A stretch of 64,000 nt of DNA, from UHGV virus genome UHGV-0178594. The stretch is one strand, 5' to 3'. The DNA comes from a virus. The notes under the pieces were generated by a model that had not been told where the DNA came from, made no database searches, and saw only the letters and a list, made by a program, of their open reading frames with translations. This document shows, one piece after another, positions 37,903-48,500 of this stretch. Each line of letters begins with the position of its first letter. Position 1 is the stretch's first letter. Made by a program: the position numbers and the translations under genes.

Positions 37903-37979
37903 TGGCGATGGTGGGTGGATTCGAACCACCGACCGACAGCTTAGAAGGCTGCTGCTCTATCCTACTGAGCTACACCATC
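37903..37979 (-). tRNA. tRNA-Arg (anticodon UCU)
   Basis: GATGGTGTAGCTCAGTAGGATAGAGC...CTTCTAA...GGTTCGAATCC...CACCATCGCCA. Confidence 0.75.
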
Positions 37980-38440
37980 ACTTGCCGGGTACGTCTCCGG
38001 CGAGGGCTTCCACCTCCGTATGCTTTTCGGCGCACCGCGCCCTGGCTGCAATTCGGTAACAGGGGATGCATAACCCTGGCTTCCAGCGTGATTAGCGCCT
38101 TCAGCATGACGGGATATACCCGTTACAAGACATTATCCCAGAAAGCCATTAACCAATGGCTGTTACGCGGGAGGGACGTAACAGGTAAGGGCGCTGACCA
38201 GAAAGACCTGACCCTTCTCATTCATCTGGTTAATCACACCAGCGCCCTTGCCTGTTATGCCTCCCCGTTCCCTAATACACAGACGGGGACACTCTGCGGT
38301 CGATTTTTTGACGGGGGACGACTCATACCCCGTGGCGTCAGGCTTCTTAGGCCGCTACCATCATCAGATCATCGTTTGCATTTACTTTAATGGTCGGGTT
38401 CTAAACCGCCGCAAAGTCGCTAACCATGACGAAAACACTG

Positions 38441-38464
38441 AAAAAACACCCACCCGAAGGTGGG
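38441..38464 (-). terminator. rho-independent terminator (minus-strand reading)
   Basis: cccacc-cgaa-ggtggg hairpin with A6 on plus side (U6 after hairpin in minus transcript). Confidence 0.55.
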
Positions 38465-39290
38465 CAAATATCCCACTCGCGGTATTGCCACTTAGGCGTA
38501 TGGTCAACCTGGCAACTCGGTGTCCTCAACGGGGAAGGAATAACCCCGCCATACTTACCGCCGCGCCTGTCGCGGTTATCGCTACGTATCAACATAAAAG
38601 CCGACTGCCTGAGCAAGATTCACTTTCAAAGGCCCGCAGAAAGGAATCCATAGTCGGCTTTTATCTTGAAGCGGCTCTCTCTCCGCCCGTCACCGTCCTA
38701 TCCCGGTTGTCGCGTTTGCCACGCCAGCCGTAACGAGGTTTAAAGTCTTTTCACGTTTTCATCACTCGACTGCCGTCTATGGCTGTTCGTTGCAGCGGGG
38801 GTGCCTCCCCCTGGGAATATCCCCGGCCTTACCCCATTCTTTCAAGACACAATGCAAGGCCACATCCGCATAGGTGCATTACCGCAACGTTAAGGAGACT
38901 CAGAGTCAGCAAAATAAGAGGAAAACCCAACTCTGCGCCTCCTTAACGTTGAGGATGTGCACTGATGATGACCCGATGCAGCCTGGCCCACTTAACATAC
39001 TCACTGCCAGATCATCATCAATGAACACCATAAAAAGACCTTCCGTGGCTCAAGTCACTGTCGTTTACTCCGTAAAATGCTCTCGCTGAAACCACTTTAC
39101 GCACTAAACCTGCCGGGCATGTATTTGCACGGTGCCGGAGCTTTCCCTTACCTTAAAATTTACTTTCTAACACTTAAAATTGTTTGATGCTGGTGGGGAA
39201 AGACAATGAAGTGACTATCAAACCCGCAAGCGACATGGGAAGCTCCCCACCAGCACGAAAAATTCTATGTTAAGTTAACTACATAATCAA

Positions 39291-39323
39291 TATGTTAGAA
39301 AAACAATTTTAATTTTCTAACAC
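39291..39323. promoter_or_regulatory. palindromic operator candidate (GTTAGAA-N14-TTCTAAC)
   Basis: ATGTTAGAAAAACAATTTTAATTTTCTAACACA, 4 bp from stop of 39325 ORF. Confidence 0.5.
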
Positions 39324-39324
39324 A

Positions 39325-40533
39325 TTATTTCCCGTAAAGATTTTCAACTCCACCGTTCTTCTTATCCCACTCGTTCGCCCATACCCGGCAAGCATCAATT
39401 ATTTCCTGACGGCGATCGCCCTGCATGAACGGAATGCTTTCATGAAAGCTGCTTGGAATGCAGGCCACACTGAACACTGTATCAAACTCAGTCTGCTTGA
39501 TTGCCTCCAACGTCTCTGGACGCATTTTCAATTCGTCGATCGGTGCATCCTTAGAGTCCATAATCCGGCGATGCAAGCGTGGAAAATCCGTTTCAAGGTA
39601 CGCCATAATTTTATCTGCCAGACATTCGTCTATGTCGGTATTCCAGTCAGTTTCGAAGCCAGGAATTCGGTAGTAAAGCGGCGTTCCCCATACTGACGGG
39701 ATCACATCCATCGTCAGCAGGCGGCTGGTTCTGATTTGCTGATGGTAATTTGCCGTCAGCAACGCTTCGCCACGTTGCCCAGTCTCCGCGACCAGACCAT
39801 GCGGAAACTCATGGATATAGGCAATAGCTTCTCTTCCGTCATACATTAGCGGGAATGTCTCTGGCCTTTGCCCCATGCCACAGGCGCGATTCAGATCATG
39901 ACCAAGCTCTGAGCACTCTCGTTTCAATGTTTCAATAATGCTCTGCGCCGCTGCTAACTTTTTACGCAGTGTGACGAGTTCGCCTTGATACTCAACGCAT
40001 TGCTGATTTAGCTTGGTTAAACGCTCTTTTAGTTCCCGACGCTCTCTTTTCAGCGTGCGGTTATCTTTCTCCGCAACATCCAGTCGTTTTGTCAGGCTTG
40101 GCGGATAGTCTTTTTTGTAACGACTCAAATCGACTTCAGCAGATTTGCGCAGTGTATTTGCCTGCTCAAGACGCGCCTCCAGATTGCCGATCTCATTACG
40201 CATATTCGCGGCAAATTGATTAACTGCATCCCCCAGGCTTTCAACTGTCGCTGATACACCAGTGACTTGAGAAAAACGGATCAAGCCATCATTAACGGCT
40301 TGCTGATATTCCTCAAACTGATCCACCAGCTTATTGTAATCAACTGCCCCATCATCAAGGAGCTGGTTGATTTCCGCCACCAGGTTATCTGTAGTGGCAA
40401 TGACGCTCTCATGCAGTCGCTTTGACAGGTCATCGCCCGGATTTCGTTTCTGTATAAGCGCGATTTGTGTCCGCAGCGTTTCAATTGCGGTTGAGATGAT
40501 CTCCAGGCTTGATGATTCTACTTGCTGACTCAT
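39325..40533 (-). CDS. coiled-coil protein with C-terminal globular domain
   Basis: 402 aa; N-terminal ~200 aa heptad-rich; flanked by GTTAGAA palindromic sites and terminator 40606-40631. Confidence 0.5.
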   Translation of the reverse strand: MSQQVESSSLEIISTAIETLRTQIALIQKRNPGDDLSKRLHESVIATTDNLVAEINQLLDDGAVDYNKLVDQFEEYQQAVNDGLIRFSQVTGVSATVESLGDAVNQFAANMRNEIGNLEARLEQANTLRKSAEVDLSRYKKDYPPSLTKRLDVAEKDNRTLKRERRELKERLTKLNQQCVEYQGELVTLRKKLAAAQSIIETLKRECSELGHDLNRACGMGQRPETFPLMYDGREAIAYIHEFPHGLVAETGQRGEALLTANYHQQIRTSRLLTMDVIPSVWGTPLYYRIPGFETDWNTDIDECLADKIMAYLETDFPRLHRRIMDSKDAPIDELKMRPETLEAIKQTEFDTVFSVACIPSSFHESIPFMQGDRRQEIIDACRVWANEWDKKNGGVENLYGK

Positions 40534-40605
40534 GTTTGTTCCCTTTCTTGAAATTAGTTTTCTAACATATTTTATTAGTATGCAATTTCAATAAAAAGAC
40601 TCAGG

Positions 40606-40631
40606 CAACAAAAAACCCGCCAACTGGCGGG
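40606..40631 (-). terminator. rho-independent terminator (minus-strand reading)
   Basis: cccgcc-aact-ggcggg hairpin adjacent to A-run on plus strand. Confidence 0.6.
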
Positions 40632-40642
40632 TTTATGACCGT

Positions 40643-40969
40643 TTAGACGTGTTGGAGTAGCATGTATGCCATATAAATCAAAGCTATCAGTACGACAACT
40701 ACCTCTGAAATTCTAAACGCGCGCTTTACTATCTGCCGCTCACCGTGGGGTATACCATCCGAGTATTCCTGATCCGTCATTTTCCCCAGCCAGCTTACCG
40801 ATAACAGAGCTGCATTCTCACTCATATCAAGTTCACTTACGGCCTCTCGTATAAGTGGCGCGGTTACTTTCCTGGAAGCAACTTTCATGGTTATGCTTCT
40901 GGTTCTTCCGGCGTCATCAGCAAACGTCAGATTTACGTGGTGTTTTCTGCTCAATGAACAAACTCCCAA
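40643..40969 (-). CDS. tail-anchored membrane protein
   Basis: 108 aa with single C-terminal hydrophobic helix VVVVLIALIYMAYMLL. Confidence 0.45.
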   Translation of the reverse strand: MGVCSLSRKHHVNLTFADDAGRTRSITMKVASRKVTAPLIREAVSELDMSENAALLSVSWLGKMTDQEYSDGIPHGERQIVKRAFRISEVVVVLIALIYMAYMLLQHV

Positions 40970-41151
40970 TCATTGGCTTTCGCGCTTTCCGGGGTAATGC
41001 ATACCTTGTCGCCGGTAACTATGTTTCGGGCTTCTAATGCCCCATCATCCATCTTTTTAAGCTCTATACAGAAAGAATGAGGCCATGAGCAGCGACGAGC
41101 AACAACGTTAGCACCGGCAGGGATAAGTTCAGCCACGTTAAGTAAACGCAA
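40951..41151 (-). CDS. hypothetical small protein
   Basis: 66-aa ORF overlapping downstream start. Confidence 0.35.
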   Translation of the reverse strand: MRLLNVAELIPAGANVVARRCSWPHSFCIELKKMDDGALEARNIVTGDKVCITPESAKANDWEFVH

Positions 41152-41165
41152 AACGATTTCTCCGT

Positions 41166-41609
41166 TTAATCAAGATTTACATATTCCGTGATAGCTTTTA
41201 TGGCTTCATCGGCACTGCGCGCCTCAAAGCAGTAATAGCCTGCTTCCGTGAGGCGAGTCATCCAGACGAGCTGTTCGGGAGTCAGACGGTTTCTCCCGTG
41301 CTTCATCTCAATGCGCATTCCGTGATACCCACCACGAGCAAGGTCAATAGAAAGGTCCGGATAGCCCTTCTTCTGACCTTCTGCCACCATCTTAATGGCT
41401 GTCCTTTTGCCTCTCAGGCCGCCGTTCGGTGTTGAGTGTGTGTGCTCATACACGTATCGCATGTTGCGATACAGCCAATCCAGAACGCGAACCTGTTCGT
41501 AATGTTCGTAATTCCGTTTTAATAAGTCAGGATTTCTTTCTAACTCTCTCAGTGCAGCAGCGTGCGGGGATATTTCAGAATACGCACTATGATGCCTGCG
41601 TCTTCGCAT
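41166..41609 (-). CDS. VRR-NUC domain nuclease
   Basis: PD-(D/E)xK-type motif GYPDLSIDL...GMRIEMKHG; ATG directly abuts a GTTAGAA half-site. Confidence 0.55.
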   Translation of the reverse strand: MRRRRHHSAYSEISPHAAALRELERNPDLLKRNYEHYEQVRVLDWLYRNMRYVYEHTHSTPNGGLRGKRTAIKMVAEGQKKGYPDLSIDLARGGYHGMRIEMKHGRNRLTPEQLVWMTRLTEAGYYCFEARSADEAIKAITEYVNLD

Positions 41610-41798
41610 CAAATTTCTAACACAAACTTCCTGAAATCATGAACACGATAATAACAAGAGCGTTAGTTTTATCAAAACCGAGGGGAATACTACTGAAGAG
41701 ATAGGCGGATGCAACAGGTCGGACTTGTTTTTAGAGTAAATGGTGATGCGGGTCAACAAGCCGGGTAAATTGTATGTCATTTACCCAACTTGTTATTT

Positions 41799-42059
41799 TT
41801 AATGGTTTATTTTATCAGGTTCGTTAATTTCCGTAACCGCCTTGTCGATAGCAATCATCCATCCTTCATAGGATAAATCATCAACAAGTCCCACCAGCTT
41901 ATCGTCAGTGTGCGGAAAATAAATCCATCCCCATTTCGAAGGGTTTTCTATATGCCGCAGGGTAAATACCCGCTTATAACGGTGGTATTCAAGGGCGTAT
42001 CCCTTCCCTTGTGAGTACGCTTTTAAGTCGTCGATCGTAAACCTACGATTCTTCCGCAT
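41799..42059 (-). CDS. hypothetical protein
   Basis: 86-aa ORF coupled to upstream ORF. Confidence 0.4.
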   Translation of the reverse strand: MRKNRRFTIDDLKAYSQGKGYALEYHRYKRVFTLRHIENPSKWGWIYFPHTDDKLVGLVDDLSYEGWMIAIDKAVTEINEPDKINH

Positions 42060-42061
42060 GG

Positions 42062-42496
42062 CTACCCCACGATTCGATATTTCTCTATAGACTCGTCGTA
42101 ACTTGTGTATACGTATGGCTCTGTATCATCAGCATAAGGCGCGACTTCCAGAGCATGAACGGGATTGTATACCGCGTCATTTTCCAGGCGATCGCTCGAA
42201 TACAGATGCCCGGCTAAAACCGTAAGCGCCGGGCGACTCATTTTGTAGATTTCTGCCACATCACTATCTACAACTTGTCCAAATGATATGTCGCCACGCT
42301 CCAGCAATAACGTTTTAAGCGCAGGCCACCACGGCCCATAAAGATGATAAAGCTGTGGATCTCTTTTCAGCCTTTCCGCCATGCCATCCAGATATGCATC
42401 CAGAAACGCCTCTTCACTCCTGCCATTGAGCGCCTGCGGCAAAATGTCCTCAAGGTAGGATTCCGTCGGTTTTACAGTGTCAATTAATGTCGTCAT
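42062..42496 (-). CDS. hypothetical protein
   Basis: 144-aa ORF downstream of darB-like gene. Confidence 0.45.
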   Translation of the reverse strand: MTTLIDTVKPTESYLEDILPQALNGRSEEAFLDAYLDGMAERLKRDPQLYHLYGPWWPALKTLLLERGDISFGQVVDSDVAEIYKMSRPALTVLAGHLYSSDRLENDAVYNPVHALEVAPYADDTEPYVYTSYDESIEKYRIVG

Positions 42497-42532
42497 TCAA
42501 ATTCGGCCCCGGTTGGGGCCGCTCCTTATCTG

Positions 42533-45500
42533 TTAGGCCGCATCGGCGATTATTTTACGCAGTTCATCTAACGAGTAACGCGTAGATACCATCCATGCAG
42601 GACGGTCAAAGTTCACATCAGCAACCGGGTTTGCTTCAAAATTCCAGAAACGCCCGCCAATCTTCTTAATCGCGTCTTTGGCGTTCCGTATTGTCGAGGA
42701 ACCAGGTTGGTCGGCAATGAGATAAACCGCACCGACGTCCTCGCTGACACTCCACCAGCGCCCGCGAACACGCGCCTTAGCGCGAATCGGCTTATCATTA
42801 ACCACAATGATATAGTCATCATTCGCCGCTTCATCAGCTCTTGCTTCAGCCACTGCCGCCTGCTCTTCTCTTTTGCTTTCAGCCTGTTCAAGCCTTTCCG
42901 CGATCTCTGATTCGGTGGCCCCGCCGTTTTTCAGCGATACATAGTCTTGCCACGTTGCTGATTTGAGCGCATCCGGCAACTCATTCACATAGTCACCGTC
43001 TTTCAACTCACGGGCGCGGCGGGTAGCCATTTCTACCAGGCGATTAACAGAAACAGCATCAGCAAAATCGTCCTTACTAATGTGTTTTTCATCAAATGCA
43101 TTGATGACAGCCCCCACCTTAATCCACTGTGATGCCGGTGATTCCAGGGGGTTATCAGCCTGGACTATGGCGAGTTTCGCTCCATCTACCCCATTATTCG
43201 CCAACTGTTCCAATGCCGCCCATCCATCTGCATCACTGAGTGATTTATATTGCTCAAACAATGCATCGCGCCAGGCCACCAGCGCAGAACGTGTTTTTTC
43301 GATCTTCGTCTTAATTTTGGCGATCTTGACCTGATTAAACATCCGTTCAATATCATCGATATTGCTAAAGGCTTTCATTCTGCCCTTGAATAAACGGTAT
43401 GCCAGCACGGTCCTCCAGAATGATTCCAGACCTTCTCCGGACGGTTTGCGGAACAAGCTAAGAATATCTTCAGAAGTGACTTTATTAAGCGAACGACCTG
43501 ACAGACCACGCCCAGCCATCCAGTTTTCGAACTCCTGGACAACATCATCCATCGTTGCCTGTGCGCCCCATGCCTGCATTCCCTGGATGTAATCATACCC
43601 ATACAATGCCTGGAGGAATCCCTCGCCGTCCACGATATTCAGCGGGTTATCACTGGCTTGTATTTTTGCCACTTCACGCTTCAGCGCCTCATCGTTGCCA
43701 TCTGGATATATCCATCGTTCAGGTGCTATATCCGATGCTCGCCCGATTTTTTGGCCTATCACGCCATCATAGGCCGATGACAGCGCGATCTGACCATCAT
43801 CTGTGCGATATGCCCAGTATTTAATAGCTGACCCACCGCCCCATGCATTACCAGGTTTACCAGCAATAACATTCATTACCCCATTGCGAATAGCATCATA
43901 GAACTGATCGCGAGTAAGTATTGTTGATAGCTGGTGGCACTGAACACCACGCGCAGCCGTTGCGCGCGATTCAGCTACCCCCTCTTCAAAAGTTACCGCT
44001 TCAATCACAGAGTCAAACGGCAATGTAACGATTGACCCCGGTGATCGAGCGTAACGACTTGCTCTATCCAGCCAGGCGATACGGCAGAGGTATTGTGCTT
44101 TTTCACCGTCAATTTTTTCCACCCGGACAATCGCTGTTGTTTCGCGATCATCAATGACTGCACGGTAATAACTACCTTTATGCAACAGGATATTCTTGTC
44201 AGTGCGCATATATTCCTGTGGGTTCTGAATAACATCGATACTGATATCCAGCACACCAGACTTAATAGCGCGCTCCACATCACCACGAGAGCGTTTCATT
44301 ATGGTATCCGCGTCTTTTGCCCTGGTGATCGCAAACCGCAGCACCCGCGCACGTTTTCTGTAGCTACTCAACTGCTCAAGCGCGAATTTTTGCCCATTCC
44401 TGTTCGTACCCGCTTTTATCAGGTCGTCAAGATTGCGCTGGTAATACTCTATCTGTTCCATCGCGCTTTTCAGTTCTGTCTCCATCATGCCGATATCTTT
44501 TCCGGCGGCGTTTGCCGCTTTCAGGTAGATATCGAGAGCATTGTTGGCCTCGCGCTGTGCTTTCAGTTTCAGACGTTCTTCACGCTCTTGCGCCTGGCGA
44601 GCCATGATTGCGCGGCGTTCTTCCGGGTTTGCCGCCAGCATAATAGCGCGTTCATCAGCATCATCCGCATCACCATTGGCGATCTCTGACATGTCGGAGG
44701 TCATCACCATCTTGATCCAGTCTTTCTTACGTTTCAGCGTATCCAGACGGAAGTCGTCGAATGTGCCTTTGCCACAATAGTAGTGAACATTGACCTTCTC
44801 TTGCGGTGAACCTACGCGCGCACCGCGCCCATTTCGTTGGTCGATACTGGCTGGTGTCCAGGGTAGTGTCAGGTGGTGGATATCGGTTGTCCCGATATGC
44901 AGGTTAATACCTACTTCAGCCTTCTTGTTACAGATAATGATGCGCGTGCGCCCTTCGTTATAGTCGGCGGCAATGCCTTCCATACCCTCAAGGCCAGCAT
45001 CATTTTTAGCTGAGAGATAATCCTCATATTGGGCAAGTTTGCTGTAGTAGGTTTCCCATGCCCCTTCTTTGTATTCACCGTTTTTATTCGGAGTAGGTTC
45101 AGTCGGCTTATTCACCTTCTTCAGCTTGATGCCGCCAGCCTGGCTAACGGTCGTCGCATTGATAATGCCTATCTCCTGCTCCGGCATTTGCAGTGCACTG
45201 GCGATAATACGGCGCAGCTTCTGGTGCTGGGCTTTTTCATCAATGAAGACAATTTGTTTACCGTTCTTCAGACCTTCACGAAGGTTTTCGATCAGCGCGG
45301 CATACTTCGGCGGGATGGGGTGTGATACCTGCTGCAGATCAATCCCGGCGGCAGCAATGGCCTTCAGTATTTCAGCTTCCAGTTCAATGCTGGCACGTAT
45401 TTCAACATGCGCCGGATGTTCACTAAAGGTGGTCTTCACTACCTTACTGGTGCGCGTACTAACCAGCCCACCAGCGCCGTCTTCTTCGGCCTCGTCTGCA

Positions 45501-48500
45501 TCATCTGCCACTTTACCGCCAGCTACTTTTGGCAGGGCATCAGCAATAGCTTTTACCTTGTCTGCAAGCTCAACGGGGAACTGGAATGTAATCGCACTGG
45601 CATACAGATCCGGATCTATAGCAACCTTATCCATGTCGCGGATGATGGAGAAGATGAAATCATCCGGTTTTTCGTTTGTGATATGCCCGTTTTCATCAAC
45701 CGTCAGCGCATCTTTACTACTTAACTCCTGTGCACGCTTACGAAGCTCTTCATAAGCAGCCTCCTGCTCCCCTGTCATCGGGATCTGCAAGGTATTCTCG
45801 ACAATATCAGGGATTTTAACCGTCGCCCCGACGTCCGCAGCAGTCTTCAGAGTAGTCCAGCGATGGAAAATACCACGCAGGCCATCAAGGTTCTGGAAGC
45901 CAACCAGCCCCTGCTTCTCTTCCACTTCCCCGGAAATTTTCTGGACCTGAACTGTGGCTGTTTTACCAAACACACGAACGAAATCATCAGGCGTAATGAT
46001 GCCCATGCGCATCCACTCTTCCTGCGGAATGACAGTAGACAGCATGTTGAAGGCATCAATCGGACTGTTCACCAGCGGTGTTGCCGTCAGCATGACTACA
46101 CCACGCCCGTTGTTGCGTTTCATCATGTACGCAGCTTTTACAGCCATGTCGCGGGCCATCTTGGATACTGCCGGGTTAGGCAAATATGCCAGTTGTCCCG
46201 CTTCACGCCCGGCATTAAAGGAGTTGCGGTAGTTATGCCCCTCGTCGGCAATCACGCTATCGAAGTTCATATCCTCAAAGTACGGGATATTCTGCTTCTT
46301 CGTTGTACCGGTATTCGCGGCCTGATCCTTAATCTTGTTCTTCTTCTGCGCATCACGGTGTTTACCAGACGCCAGGTCAAGACGCCCCATTTCCACAGCA
46401 TTAAAGACAGCTTGCTGTGAGTTCTCCTCGATGGTTTTTTCTCGTAGCGGGATAGACGCGAATTGTTCTTTTGTCATGATGACCGTTCGCCAATTTGACG
46501 ACGGGATCATGTTCATGCGCTGAACGATAACGGCGCTGGCGGACTCTTTCACAACATTTCTGGTAAGAGGCTGCCCGTTACTGTCGAGGCGGGGTTCGCC
46601 ATTTTCATCAAGCACCGGCGCGGTCAGAATATTGCCGTCTTCATCACGAACTTCATCCAGACCGATAAACATCATATTTGCGAAGGCATCAGCACTGTAG
46701 AAGCTCTGTGCCTCGTGATACCAGTTCTGATAAACCGCCTTCGGAACAACAATACACGTGCGTTTAGTGCGACCTGTTTCGAAGTTATACGCCTCAAGCG
46801 CAAGCGCGGTCGTGGTTTTACCCAGCCCGGTACCAAATCCCATGATGCCGCGCCCATCTTCTGACAAGCGACGAACTTCTTCATTCTGATAAGTCAGAGG
46901 AATGCGCTTTCCACTAATCCCTTCCAGGCCAAGCGGTGCGTTAGAGTGCGTGAACGGAATGAAGCCATTGAATGCGTCGTTATAGTCACGGGCTATCTGA
47001 TCCGCCTGCGGGTGGGTGCGTAACCAGTCGTTAAAGCTAACTTCCAGTTGAGCAATTTTATCCAAGTACTCGTTAGCGTTCTGCCCACGCGGTTTAACAC
47101 CGTTCAGGTAGTTTTCTAACTGGTTCAGGAAGCCGTCTTTATTGTTGGCCTTCTTGAACTCATTCCCGTTTTTGCCGTTTACGGTTCGTAGTTGATAGCC
47201 GGTAAATACCCCGTCCTTACCTTCGTAATCGTCCGGAGATACCAGAATGCCATCGACGACCTTCAGATCAGGTTCAGTGTACTTAAACTCGTCATAGCCC
47301 TGCTCTGCCAGGAACTCTTTTATCAAGCGGCGATCCAGCCAGCGGGCGTTCAGATTAACGGTGACTTTATTTAGTGGCGTGAAAATGCGTTTCTCTTCGA
47401 TTTTCGCCAACTGACGCTCAAAGTTCGCTTTCTGCTCACCTGTTGACGCATCACGCCAACCCACCAGCAATGTTGTTTTGGTTGCAATATCGCCGCTGGT
47501 GGCGCGGTCCATCGGCAGCAGGCAGCCATACCCATCAATAGCGATATCATCAAATTTCGCCAGGTATTCAAGGGCCGCGTCGTCGTCCTCTGGCAGTTCA
47601 CCAGCAAACGCCTCACGAAAGTCGCCCAGCGTTATAGGATTAAGGGCTACATCACTGAAAAGATGTGCTATCACTTGTTCAGGACGTGTAAAGTCAATAC
47701 CGGCAGCACCATCCGTTACATCAAGTCGCCCTGCCAGAAGGTCAGAAGTGGAACCATCCTGTTTCACATTGCCAGTGAACGTCATCCAGTTTTTAGCGCC
47801 AGCTTCAGCAAGCCCATTCAGCTTAATCGCGTGCGGTGGTCCATACTTCGCAACTTCTGCTGCCGCCAGGCGGGATGCATCTGCCAGTTTGTCATCAACG
47901 TTCACCCCCAGGTTACGCAAATCAAGTGCCTTGTTGATCAACTGCCCTATCAACGCACCGCGCATAACGCGCTCCCTGTCTTTTTCTCGCTGTTTGCCAG
48001 CAAAGCGAATCATTGCTGCCACTTCATCACTGACAACCGATGGATAGTCGGACGCGATCGCCGATATCTGGTCCCATGACAAAGCCAGAATCCCGTTTGT
48101 TGACTGGAACGCGATCTGCAGATCGCCAAACGTCGAAACACCATATCGACTTACATCAAGCGCGGAGGATTTGGTTGTCGTGTCCTTAACCCATTTCAGA
48201 CCATCAAACTCATGCCAGATACCGCCTACAAGGCGTTTATCGCCCACTTTCGCGCCCTGCCATGCCTGGGTAGTTACTCCGAGCAAATCCCAATTAATAC
48301 GGCTTTCAAAGCGGCGTGATAACGCGGTTTTCATCGACTCATTGGATACACGACCGTCCTTTTTCACCACCAGGGTATTGCGGAAGCTGGTGCGTTCCAT
48401 GTCGCCGTAAACAAATCGCTTCCCTTCGGTTGTAAACCATTTCCCTTTGAGGAAGGTATCCCAAAGGACGTTTGCCGATTTGAGCGTTGCATCATCCGTG

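Noticed and set aside
37848-38733. ORFs of 161-180 aa on the plus strand overlapping the tRNA cluster and the GC-rich region
   Set aside because: They overlap well-supported tRNA genes on the opposite strand, have no RBS context and show GC-driven open frames; treated as artefacts.
39265-39285. Apparent 18-bp palindrome ATGTTAAGTTAACTACAT near site 39291
   Set aside because: On checking the reverse complement it is not self-complementary beyond the central GTTAAC.
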